A stretch of 59,934 nucleotides of DNA. Source: Thiotrichaceae bacterium UBA5859. GTDB taxonomy: Bacteria > Pseudomonadota > Gammaproteobacteria > UBA5859. The notes beneath the pieces are model-generated. The model searched no databases and had not been told where the DNA came from. It worked only from the letters and a program-made list of their open reading frames with translations. Shown here one piece after another: positions 29,435-38,764 of the stretch. The stretch lies in NCBI GenBank assembly GCA_002432655.1, contig DJFZ01000006.1, positions 16,236 to 76,169 of the forward strand. Reading direction: 5' to 3'. The position numbers and the translations under genes were made by a program. Numbering within the stretch: the first letter of the stretch is position 1; every line of letters starts with the position of its first letter.

Positions 29435-30982
29435 TTAAATGCTTTTTTCTTTGTCTTGCCAATACTTGTCGCGCAAAATCCTTTTATATAACTTTCCTGT
29501 ATCTAATCTGGGCAATTCATCAACGAAATCTATAGATCTGGGCAGCTTATATTTTGCTAGATTTTGTTTTGAGAATGCTAATAACTCTTCCACTAGTTCG
29601 GTGGAAGCTTGGTAACCTGGATTTAACTGCACCACCGCCTTGACCGATTCACCCCAATCCTCATCGGGAATACCAAATACTGCCACATCATGCACCGCTC
29701 CATGGAGTACCAGTGTTTTTTCTACCTCTGCCGGGTATATATTGACACCGCCGGAGATAATCATGTCGTTTTTGCGATCACATAAAAACAGATAACCATC
29801 GTCATCCAGATAACCGACGTCGCCGACAGTAAATAGACCATCCCGAGAACGACTTTTCTCAGTTTTGCCCTTATCTTTAAAATATTCAAAGTCCATTACT
29901 GGCGTGAGGAAAATTTCACCTGCTTGGTTGGCAGGAAGTGGATTGCCCTGTTCATCTAAGATCACCACGGATCCCGCAGTCATCGGCTTGCCCACAGTAC
30001 CCGGCTTGGTTAACCACTCTTCAGAGCCCACAAATGAACCTGCACCCTCAGTGGCACCATAATATTCAAATAACACCGGCCCCCACCAGTCAATCATGTT
30101 CTTTTTGCCTTCAATCGTAATGGGCGCGGCACCATGGATCACGCACTCAAGACTCCCCAGATCATATTTATTTTTAACCTCATCTGGTAAAGAGAGCATG
30201 CGATAAAACATGGTAGGTACCATATGACTGACTGTGATTTTATATTGGTCGATCAGTTTGAGAGTCTCTTCAGGCTCCCATTTATTCATCAATACCAGCG
30301 CATGCCCCATATGTAAGCTGCCCATACCAAAGGCGCCCGGCGCCGTATGATAGAGAGGTCCAGTCACCAAGTGAGCACCCTCTCCGGCTTTCAGATTAAA
30401 TATTGCGCCTATCATACCCGCCATCATCGCAGCCTGATCTGGATCGGCGTCCATCAGTGGACGACGCACGCCTTTAGGCCGTCCAGTGGTACCGGAGGTA
30501 TAGAGCATCAATTGACCGGCACTGCGTTCTTGCGGCCGTTCAGCTGCCTGATCTGCGAATAGGTTTTCGTAATCCTGAATCCCACCTGCACCCTCAATTG
30601 CGTAGAACCTATCCGCTGGGAATTGATTTTCCTTAACAGCAGTTTGACAGGTGTCAATAAAGCTGGCCCCGCTAACAAATACCTTCGCTTCGCAGTTTTC
30701 CAATATGTAGGCAATCTCGGGAGCGGTGAGATGATAATTGATCGGTGTTAAGTAGAGACCAATCTGAGAGGTGGCCAACAGCAGTTCTAAAAAGGCATTT
30801 TCGTTAGCCATTACCATAGCCACCGCATCGCCTTTATTTAATCCGAGTTGCAACAGACCATTGGACAGTTGGTTCACTCGTTTCTCTAATTCTGCAAAGG
30901 TAGTGGCTTCACCTTCTGCGTTAATGATGGCGTGAGCTTGTGGTCGCTCTTCTGCCACCTTCCAAAATCCAATTGCTGGCAT
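29435..30982 (-). CDS. Acyl-CoA synthetase (AMP-forming), copy 1
   Basis: YTSGTTGRPKG, YGATEG, GDVG and DMIISGGVNIYPAEVE. Start at MPAIGFW after a GGAG RBS (alternative start 31003). Confidence 0.94.
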   Translation of the reverse strand: MPAIGFWKVAEERPQAHAIINAEGEATTFAELEKRVNQLSNGLLQLGLNKGDAVAMVMANENAFLELLLATSQIGLYLTPINYHLTAPEIAYILENCEAKVFVSGASFIDTCQTAVKENQFPADRFYAIEGAGGIQDYENLFADQAAERPQERSAGQLMLYTSGTTGRPKGVRRPLMDADPDQAAMMAGMIGAIFNLKAGEGAHLVTGPLYHTAPGAFGMGSLHMGHALVLMNKWEPEETLKLIDQYKITVSHMVPTMFYRMLSLPDEVKNKYDLGSLECVIHGAAPITIEGKKNMIDWWGPVLFEYYGATEGAGSFVGSEEWLTKPGTVGKPMTAGSVVILDEQGNPLPANQAGEIFLTPVMDFEYFKDKGKTEKSRSRDGLFTVGDVGYLDDDGYLFLCDRKNDMIISGGVNIYPAEVEKTLVLHGAVHDVAVFGIPDEDWGESVKAVVQLNPGYQASTELVEELLAFSKQNLAKYKLPRSIDFVDELPRLDTGKLYKRILRDKYWQDKEKSI

Positions 30983-31217
30983 ATGCTGCAACTCCCTCTC
31001 CATACCCCAATGCGCTATTCCCTAAGCGAGTAGATAGCATCTGTTGTTGGGCTTGATATCAATCTGATTATTGAAAAGTTAGAATAATATTTATGATTGT
31101 GAACAGTTCTTAAAATAACAATTTATGCACTTATACGCGAAATCGAGACAATGATCAAAGCCACCAATATTAGTGCTAACTAATATTTAATGGAGGCGAT
31201 AGAAGTTCGGGCGGCAA

Positions 31218-32339
31218 CTATAAAAAGAAGTCTTCGTTTACCGGAGGATCCGTTCGACGCCGACGCTTGCGCTGTCCCAATCGTGCGAATTTCGGTAAAA
31301 ACCTTAGATTCACCTCTCGTCCACTCTCGGCGGATTCGTAAATCGCATTGATGATGCGCAACGATTTTAACCCTTCCAAACCATCCACCATTGCTGCGCC
31401 TTCATTTTGCATCGCATCAACCACATGCCGTAAGTATTCTAGATGTCCGAAACCGTAAACGTTAGGCGGATTTTCTCTATATTTCTCCAAAACTTCCTTA
31501 TCCGACTGTAGCGCCTCAACGAACTGCCAGGTGCGCATTTCATTGACAGCAAAGCCGGATATCTCAGCTGATCCTGTTTCACCCAAGATGGATATGGAAG
31601 CTTCCAGATCTTTTGGTCTCGCTGCAGTTGTCGCTTCAATAGTGCCTATGGCACCATTAGCATACTTGATGAGGGCCACACCGGTGTCTTCTGCCTCAAT
31701 ATCTACCAGTTGGCGTGAAGTATAGGCGAACACTGAAACCACATCGCCTACGAGCCAATTCAGTAAATCTATATGATGTGCGGCTTGATTCGACATCACA
31801 CCGCCATCCAATAACCAGGAGCCACGCCATTCGTCTTGATCATAATAGCTTTGATCCCGGCACCATCGTACGCGAGCAGATCCCATCACAATTCGTCCAA
31901 AGCGCCCGGCATCCACTGCTTCTTTCAATTTCTTAACAGGGTAGTTATATCGATTTTGTTTCACCACGAAGAGTCGAACGCCAGCAGCATCACAAGCGTG
32001 AATCATAGCTTCCGCATCATCAAGTGTTAAGGCCATCGGTTTTTCTACTACCACGTGTTTCTTATATTGCACGATATCCACTACGTTACGAGCGTGATAA
32101 CCAGAGGGCGTTAACACAGAAACGACGTCAATATCAGGATCTGATCCGGCAATCATGTCTTCTAACGAGGCATAAGCTTTGGTGCCATATTTGCTGGCAA
32201 ACTCTTGAGCACGCTCGGGGATGACGTCACAAACAGCTACCAGCTCCGCGCCCTCCACATGATTGGCAATCAGTTCGGCATGTTTTTGCGCGATTCGCCC
32301 ACAACCCAGTAGCGCAAATCCTATATTGTTATTTTTCAT
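31218..32339 (-). CDS. Gfo/Idh/MocA oxidoreductase, WbpB/WlbA-like nucleotide-sugar C3 dehydrogenase
   Basis: GCGRIA, TPSGYH, VEKPMA, VVKQNRYN, WRG, DGG..NQAAH and NVYGFGH. Confidence 0.88.
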   Translation of the reverse strand: MKNNNIGFALLGCGRIAQKHAELIANHVEGAELVAVCDVIPERAQEFASKYGTKAYASLEDMIAGSDPDIDVVSVLTPSGYHARNVVDIVQYKKHVVVEKPMALTLDDAEAMIHACDAAGVRLFVVKQNRYNYPVKKLKEAVDAGRFGRIVMGSARVRWCRDQSYYDQDEWRGSWLLDGGVMSNQAAHHIDLLNWLVGDVVSVFAYTSRQLVDIEAEDTGVALIKYANGAIGTIEATTAARPKDLEASISILGETGSAEISGFAVNEMRTWQFVEALQSDKEVLEKYRENPPNVYGFGHLEYLRHVVDAMQNEGAAMVDGLEGLKSLRIINAIYESAESGREVNLRFLPKFARLGQRKRRRRTDPPVNEDFFL

Positions 32340-32358
32340 TGTCTATTCTCAAACTTCC

Positions 32359-33366
32359 TTATCCATGTTGCACCAGAAACTCAATGATGGTTTCAGCTGT
32401 TTCGATATACTGCTTTTCTCCTGACAGTTCACCCCAATAAAAAAATGCCAAAGCCACCTCGAAATAGTTTACCCGTTTGACCTTAGCAAAAAATATTTCC
32501 TGCCTCCTCCCGGTTCGAGTGTTACCGACTACTGATATTTCCCCATCAGCACTCACTCGAGATGATAACCACTTCATGCCTCTCGCGATCGGTGAGGTGA
32601 GCTGCGCTTCTTGTGTGGCCATCATCAACCACATCAGATTTAAGCAACTGACCGCTTGATAGCTGCTGTCCCACCCGCCTTTTTCCAGAAACACGCCCTC
32701 TTTGGTTTGTTGGGACAATACTTCTCGAAGCCAAATTTGGGCCAATTCAGCCGCACCTGGTCGCACCACCCACTCTGCACCCAATTGTAGCGCCACCACA
32801 TTGAACAGCATTCTATTACTGGTGCGGCGATCATGTTGATATAAATCTTGGTAATGGATCTCCACCCAGCCCAGTGCTCTGGAGTAGGGCTCCTGCCACT
32901 GAACCATATTGGACTCATAGCGCTCACGCCAACGCGAACAACCAATCAATTCTTTTAAATTGACGACCGCATGCAAAAAGAACAGATCTGCGTTCATCGC
33001 CTGAGTCGGTGTCAAATTGAGGCCGTTTCTAAAATTACCCTCTTTGGTTTGCCGGGCAAAACCCCAGTTTGCCGCTTCTACTGCTTGATCTATGTACTTC
33101 TGCTGTGCCGTAAGCACGCCATATCTTGCTAACCATAATAGTTCCCGCTGACTCGCTACATCCGACAGTTTCTTTTGATTGCGATGCAGTGCGCCACCCT
33201 TTCCCACTCTAACTGATTCAGCTTTATGGGTGATTAAACGTTTGAATGATTGGTTGTCTGCTAATTTTTTTACAATTTCTGCCTCACAGAGTACAGCACC
33301 CTGTGCGCCGCTAACGATAAAACAGAAGACGAAACACAGACATCCTCTATTAATAGCTGTCAACAC
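32359..33366 (-). CDS. Secreted hypothetical protein, probable alpha/alpha-toroid fold
   Basis: Signal peptide, repeated Q..EG.F helical-hairpin motifs (QTKEGNF, QTKEGVF) and EKGGWDSSYQ. Overlaps the upstream gene. Confidence 0.7.
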   Translation of the reverse strand: MLTAINRGCLCFVFCFIVSGAQGAVLCEAEIVKKLADNQSFKRLITHKAESVRVGKGGALHRNQKKLSDVASQRELLWLARYGVLTAQQKYIDQAVEAANWGFARQTKEGNFRNGLNLTPTQAMNADLFFLHAVVNLKELIGCSRWRERYESNMVQWQEPYSRALGWVEIHYQDLYQHDRRTSNRMLFNVVALQLGAEWVVRPGAAELAQIWLREVLSQQTKEGVFLEKGGWDSSYQAVSCLNLMWLMMATQEAQLTSPIARGMKWLSSRVSADGEISVVGNTRTGRRQEIFFAKVKRVNYFEVALAFFYWGELSGEKQYIETAETIIEFLVQHG

Positions 33367-36300
33367 TACCGCCCCAATCCGGCATTGTAGCCAAGGTGCC
33401 TCGACTCTGATCCCATAGGGCTACTTTGCCGCCAAAAAATTCAAAACGAACCTCTCCCGATTGAAGAATCATCTGCTTAAATCTCTCAGTAGTTTTATCT
33501 GCCTCTGGCTCGTCTAAAATGATCCACAAGCGTGAATGGCGATGAAACAGTTGTCTCAAATGATCGGGTTTAGAGACCAACTGACCACCGGCCCATCTAT
33601 CTATCAGGCGATTATCTTTTAAATATATTTCATCGAACTGTACCAATTCCATGAGGTAATAATCGATGCCGCCAAACACTATAGCTGCAGGCATCGGGTG
33701 CACACTCACCACCTTGTCTCCTGGTTGCCGATACTGTTCGATATATTGTAATGCGGACATATGGCCTAGATTCCTGCCCACTTGATAGGAATCTACAATT
33801 TTTGGGATCTCTAAATTCACACAAGCCGCTAAGAAGAGCGTGCTGGACATCACCATTATCCAACGACGAGCCAATAAACTGTTGTCGCTAAAACGACTAA
33901 AATAGTTCAATCCATACTGCACAAATGCAGCCAAGGTCATCACGGTAAGAATGATGAGATAGGGATAAATGATGTAGAGATAGCGTAAAGCGATCTGCAT
34001 TATTAAAATTGTGATAGTGATAAGCGTCAGCACTACCGCCAAATAGAGCGTCAAAATTGCCTTATTTTTTTGTTTTATCCAATAGAATAGCCCAGCGAAT
34101 ACTATCAAGCTATAGAGTAGATGAGCGCGATTATAGCCGCCCAAAAAAGTATTAATAAACCCTGTGACGTTGAGTAAATGTAACTGCATAATCGAGCCAC
34201 TAGAAGTCCCCACGCCAACATGCGGGGTCAAACAAAGAATACTAAAGAGCGCCACATCGAAAAGCGCAATGGCCATACCTACCACAAAACCGACCCATAG
34301 ATTGCGATCCTCCCGCCAGGAAAATGTGCGGTAATAGATCAGATACGCGATGCCATAGGCTGGAAAGATGACGACAAACACCTCTTGGCTTAATACCGCC
34401 GCCACCGCACAGACGAAAAACCAATTTTGAAACTCTTTTCCTTGGCGCCACACTATTCCCCTAATGAAAAAATAGGTCGCCAGCAACCCGAAAAACTGCA
34501 TGAGCTGATAGAAACGAATAATTCGTGACACATGTAATTGCCAGGGATCTATCGCAATCAGAAAGGCAGCAAATAATCCTAACAAGCGATTTCCACTGAT
34601 CATTCGAGTCAGCAGATAAACCACAACAATGGAGCCGACACCAGGTAAAGCTGCAAACAGACGGGCATTGACAATATTATCACCGAGCAGGGCAAGCCAC
34701 CCAGCCAACATATAGTGATACAAGGGAGAACGCGTATACCACACACCAGACACGGCTTCCGGCACACCACTTTTCATGATGCCACGGGCAGCATCCCAAC
34801 TGACATTTTCATCTGCCTGGAGATCTTCCAAACCAATGTTGTACACACGCAACCACATACCTAGTGCGGCGATGACAAATAACCAAAGTGTTGGCGCATG
34901 TTGCGGTAAGTAGGCGTGCAACTGTGGTAATCGCCCACGTAAATGAAAACGTTCGGTGTGAAAGGTCATCACACCCGCTGTCAACAGTAATGGGGGAAGA
35001 AACAACCACAATGACTGACGTTCTGGCGCCAGAAAATACAGAAAACTATCACTCTCGACGAAGCGAATTCTCATAAGTTCTGTACAGAGGATTAAAGTGC
35101 CTCCGAAGGCCAATCCCATTAATAAAGGTAAACGATCTACCTGATGACGAAGCAGATAGAAAAAAAGATACAGACCTGCCAACCAAAAATTGACTAGAAA
35201 TAAAAATCTCTGCACAAAACGTGTATCCGCCATCTGCGGCAACATCAACTCAAAAGGAATTCGACTATGTACTGAAATATCCTGAATAGGTGCCTGCCAA
35301 GTCTGTGTAGACTGTTCAGTGAGTGCGAATGGTAACTTCATTTGCCAATCTTGATGGCCGGCCAGCAATTGATCACCGATTGCGCCATCTACTTTAATCC
35401 AGGCAACTGGATCACCGGTATCACCTATGGGTGCATTCACGATCAATCTTAGGTGGCCGCTGGAAGGCCAAAGGTGACGGCGAAAATCAAATCCAGTATA
35501 GGTATTGGCACTCACTGTCCCTACCTGCGCATTATCTATAAACACTTCCACTGGATAGTTCGATAAAATCCGCGCCCAAGCGGCATATTGGCCATCCAGA
35601 GTCTGAGAGAAACTAATCTGCAACGGTAATCGCCATTCCACCTGACGATGACCCGGCAAACCTTGCATTCTTAAGGAGGTAGGTAGTGTGGTCCAGATTT
35701 CTTTGGGCAGTGCACTATAGATAATCGACAGATCTGTTTCTGCCTCAATGGCCCACGGCCAATGGACGTCATCAAAGTCTAAATCGCGCCAACTCACTGC
35801 ATTTTGATTTTCAGAATAGTGTCGTGCACGCCAAAAACGTGCTTCACCAGGGAGAGAGACTTTTTCCTTTACGGTGGCCCCCACTACTTCGCCAGTCACG
35901 GCGATTTCATGGTGTCCGTCCGATTGGCTATATATCGCAATAACATTTTTACCAGGCTGCAATACAGTGGAAATATCATAGAATTGTGCTACCTGCCTCT
36001 CGTAGTTAATACGTTTTTGTAACTCAATACCCCGTGCCATTGAGATCACATTTTTAGAGGTCAAACTCTGTTCGTCTGCCAACAGTTGGTTTTGAAAGGC
36101 ATTGGTGGGATTAATCACATACGCATTACCGCCAACCAAATGGCCATTCACATAGAGCTGATAATCATCCGCGCTCACTGCGATCCAGGCATGTCTCGGT
36201 TTGAAAGGGATCGCCAGTTCACGACGAAAATAAGCGCGCGGGCCTTCTTCTACTGCTCTTATCCAATTATCCAACTCAAATATAGGTTGTAGTGGTGATC

Positions 36301-36400
36301 GCCCAGGTAATAGAGTGTGTGCATTCTGCCAAGCGCAAACGACAGCTACTAGAGCCACCAGTCCAAATGCAAACAGTTTGTCGCGCCAGGATATAGCCAT
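33350..36400 (-). CDS. GT-C fold (GT39/PMT/ArnT-like) glycosyltransferase with N-terminal jelly-roll sugar-binding-like domains
   Basis: LRVYNIG...ADENVS (DE motif), SPLYHY, RFYQ and many TM helices. N-terminal YFRREL...SADDYQLYVNG and W.DLDFDD.HW. TAATG coupling at 36400. Confidence 0.85.
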   Translation of the reverse strand: MAISWRDKLFAFGLVALVAVVCAWQNAHTLLPGRSPLQPIFELDNWIRAVEEGPRAYFRRELAIPFKPRHAWIAVSADDYQLYVNGHLVGGNAYVINPTNAFQNQLLADEQSLTSKNVISMARGIELQKRINYERQVAQFYDISTVLQPGKNVIAIYSQSDGHHEIAVTGEVVGATVKEKVSLPGEARFWRARHYSENQNAVSWRDLDFDDVHWPWAIEAETDLSIIYSALPKEIWTTLPTSLRMQGLPGHRQVEWRLPLQISFSQTLDGQYAAWARILSNYPVEVFIDNAQVGTVSANTYTGFDFRRHLWPSSGHLRLIVNAPIGDTGDPVAWIKVDGAIGDQLLAGHQDWQMKLPFALTEQSTQTWQAPIQDISVHSRIPFELMLPQMADTRFVQRFLFLVNFWLAGLYLFFYLLRHQVDRLPLLMGLAFGGTLILCTELMRIRFVESDSFLYFLAPERQSLWLFLPPLLLTAGVMTFHTERFHLRGRLPQLHAYLPQHAPTLWLFVIAALGMWLRVYNIGLEDLQADENVSWDAARGIMKSGVPEAVSGVWYTRSPLYHYMLAGWLALLGDNIVNARLFAALPGVGSIVVVYLLTRMISGNRLLGLFAAFLIAIDPWQLHVSRIIRFYQLMQFFGLLATYFFIRGIVWRQGKEFQNWFFVCAVAAVLSQEVFVVIFPAYGIAYLIYYRTFSWREDRNLWVGFVVGMAIALFDVALFSILCLTPHVGVGTSSGSIMQLHLLNVTGFINTFLGGYNRAHLLYSLIVFAGLFYWIKQKNKAILTLYLAVVLTLITITILIMQIALRYLYIIYPYLIILTVMTLAAFVQYGLNYFSRFSDNSLLARRWIMVMSSTLFLAACVNLEIPKIVDSYQVGRNLGHMSALQYIEQYRQPGDKVVSVHPMPAAIVFGGIDYYLMELVQFDEIYLKDNRLIDRWAGGQLVSKPDHLRQLFHRHSRLWIILDEPEADKTTERFKQMILQSGEVRFEFFGGKVALWDQSRGTLATMPDWGGSVDSY

Positions 36401-37758
36401 TACCAATTGTCCGGTGTTAATGCAGTGGTGTAGTGGTGGTGTGCAGCAGCATAGTCACCCGCATGAAACGCTTGCCAACTTTGCGTGACCCAAGCCTGTG
36501 AGCGTAAAGTGAGATGTTTAAAACCAAAATAGCCATGTAACCACCACAGATTTTCTGCCGCTCTTGCCGCTGCATCAAACTGTTTCATACGAATATTGGC
36601 CAACATAGATCCATACCACGCCATGGGCATAGTGGGCACCTGACGTAAGGCTAAATTCCATTCATCATTGGCCTGGGAGACATAACCTAAATCGAATAGA
36701 TTAACAGCATGTTCGCTTCGTGCAGCTGCCCACCAATAAATGAGTGGTTTAAAATCTGGGCGTTGAGCCTGGGCCAGTTCAAATCTACGAAATACCTCAG
36801 GGTAGTCCTGAGCATATATTGCATCGAAAGCATATGCTAAGTGAGCATCAAAGCAGTCAAAACAACGCATCTGTAGTTGAGCTTCGCCAATTCTACGGTG
36901 ATGCATGAGGCTATAGTCCAAATCCGGTCGCCAGATCACCGCACGCTGCCAATGCGCGATAGCTTTTGCATAGTCACCTTGCGCCTGGGCAAGATCTGCT
37001 GATTCTTGATAATAACCAGCGATAAACCTCGGACTCAAGCTCACCAACAATAAACTAAGCCCTATCACCAGCGCTTGACCCAAATCACGTCTAAGGGCTT
37101 GTGCGCCATTCGCCATCTGCAGATATTGAGCGAATAGCAATATCAATACGCCGACAATGGTGAGAAACCACCCTCTGGCCGCAAAGGTTTGAAACGCATT
37201 TGACAGCCCAAATATGTTGACCAACACATGCAACTGACGGCCTGGTAGCAGTAACGCCCATTCCCATCTGTCTTCACCTGGGAACTGCATGAAGAAAAAT
37301 GCTGGATTGTCCCACTCCCCGGAAATGATTTGATTGACTCTCCAATCCCTCTGCTGATGAGTGATGTTTTCCTCCATATCCGTGATCACTCGCGTCATTT
37401 CATAGTGAAGGATGCTACTATCCACCAGCGTCTGCGGTGACCATTGATTAACAAAATAGGAGAACCCCAATAAGAGCAATAAAAAGGTCCATAATGCTGC
37501 TCTCATCCAGCGTTCAGTCCAACAACGTTTCATCCATACAAAAATCACCAGCGTACAAAATAGTATGGTTGCGAATTTGTAGAGAGAGACAACAAGAGGA
37601 ATGTGGGCAACAAACTGTCGGCTAGGATGTTCACCCGCATAGGACATGAGTGCGTCTGGAATCGTATACCAGTGTTGTGTCACCGCAAGTGCTAAACAAG
37701 CAAAACCGAACCAGTAGAGATACACACTTCGATCGATGGTTGCTAATTTCTGCCACAT
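36400..37758 (-). CDS. Membrane protein with C-terminal TPR-like repeats
   Basis: About 5 hydrophobic segments followed by GDYAKAIAHWQRA, AWYG and GDYAAAHHHY TPR-like helices. Confidence 0.75.
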   Translation of the reverse strand: MWQKLATIDRSVYLYWFGFACLALAVTQHWYTIPDALMSYAGEHPSRQFVAHIPLVVSLYKFATILFCTLVIFVWMKRCWTERWMRAALWTFLLLLLGFSYFVNQWSPQTLVDSSILHYEMTRVITDMEENITHQQRDWRVNQIISGEWDNPAFFFMQFPGEDRWEWALLLPGRQLHVLVNIFGLSNAFQTFAARGWFLTIVGVLILLFAQYLQMANGAQALRRDLGQALVIGLSLLLVSLSPRFIAGYYQESADLAQAQGDYAKAIAHWQRAVIWRPDLDYSLMHHRRIGEAQLQMRCFDCFDAHLAYAFDAIYAQDYPEVFRRFELAQAQRPDFKPLIYWWAAARSEHAVNLFDLGYVSQANDEWNLALRQVPTMPMAWYGSMLANIRMKQFDAAARAAENLWWLHGYFGFKHLTLRSQAWVTQSWQAFHAGDYAAAHHHYTTALTPDNW

Positions 37759-37770
37759 GTAATCACTGTC

Positions 37771-38763
37771 CTATTGTGCGCCGAAAGATGACTGGGGCAC
37801 TCTTTTTCGCACCACCCAAATCAAACCACCGAATAAACTTAAACCCAAATTGATAACGTGTACTGATAAGGATAATGCCAATATTTGTGCGCTGGTAATC
37901 CCCACTAAGCCAAACAAGGCAATCATAATCGCCTCTCGTAAGCCTAACCCACCGAAGGAGATAGGCACCATGGTCACCAATGTGATGAGTGGTAGAAATA
38001 GCAGGAAGTAGATAACGGAAATTTCCATCTCCATAGCCATGGCAGCAAAAGCGTAGTACAAAGCAAATAGTCCCTGAATGAGTAGCGACAACAAGATGGT
38101 CTTGATGACTAGTGAGGGATGATGTCGGTAGGCGACCAATGCACATACCGAATCTTCTACAAGTGCACCAGCTTTTTCTGGCAATTTATTAGTCAGCAAC
38201 TGAACCCACTGGGGTAAACTGGGAGTAAACCAGATGACAACGCAAATGCTCACCAAAAACAGCGTTGTGGCGCCAACGAGATAGCTCACCAGCGACGACT
38301 CCAATTGAGGAAAAACGAATACTAACGTGAAGATAGCCAGTAAAGTCAGACCGATCAAACCAGTAAAACGTTCCATAAAGACAGAAACTATAGCTTCGTC
38401 CGCTTGCTGTGTATGCCGATACAAATCGTATCCTTTCACGACATCGCCACCAACTGCCCCTGGTAAAAAGTTATTGAAAAACATTCCCACCATATAAAAC
38501 TCAAACAGTTTATAGACAGGCACATGGATCTCCTTCGCTGCCAGTAACCACTGCCATCTGATCGCAGATAGCCACTGACAAATGGAATAATACACCCATG
38601 CACCCACGACCATTGGCCATCCAATTTGCGAGACGTACTGAAAAAACACTCGGCTATCTGTGAGGCGAAAGAGAATCAACAACAACACTAAGCTGATACC
38701 CAGTTTCAGTACTATTTTGATGTTTTTGCCTCTAAAAGCCATCCCTGGTCTGCTATGGGCCAA
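37771..38763 (-). CDS. Lysylphosphatidylglycerol-synthase-TM / UPF0104 flippase-like membrane protein
   Basis: RWQWLL, FFNNFLPGAVGGDVVK, ERFTG and PISFGGLGLRE. Confidence 0.9.
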   Translation of the reverse strand: MAHSRPGMAFRGKNIKIVLKLGISLVLLLILFRLTDSRVFFQYVSQIGWPMVVGAWVYYSICQWLSAIRWQWLLAAKEIHVPVYKLFEFYMVGMFFNNFLPGAVGGDVVKGYDLYRHTQQADEAIVSVFMERFTGLIGLTLLAIFTLVFVFPQLESSLVSYLVGATTLFLVSICVVIWFTPSLPQWVQLLTNKLPEKAGALVEDSVCALVAYRHHPSLVIKTILLSLLIQGLFALYYAFAAMAMEMEISVIYFLLFLPLITLVTMVPISFGGLGLREAIMIALFGLVGITSAQILALSLSVHVINLGLSLFGGLIWVVRKRVPQSSFGAQ

Positions 38764-38764
38764 G

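Noticed and set aside
31218-31290. Arg-rich C-terminal tail (RKRRRR) of the dehydrogenase as a targeting signal
   Set aside because: It is C-terminal, so it is not a Tat signal. It is most simply a variable extension.
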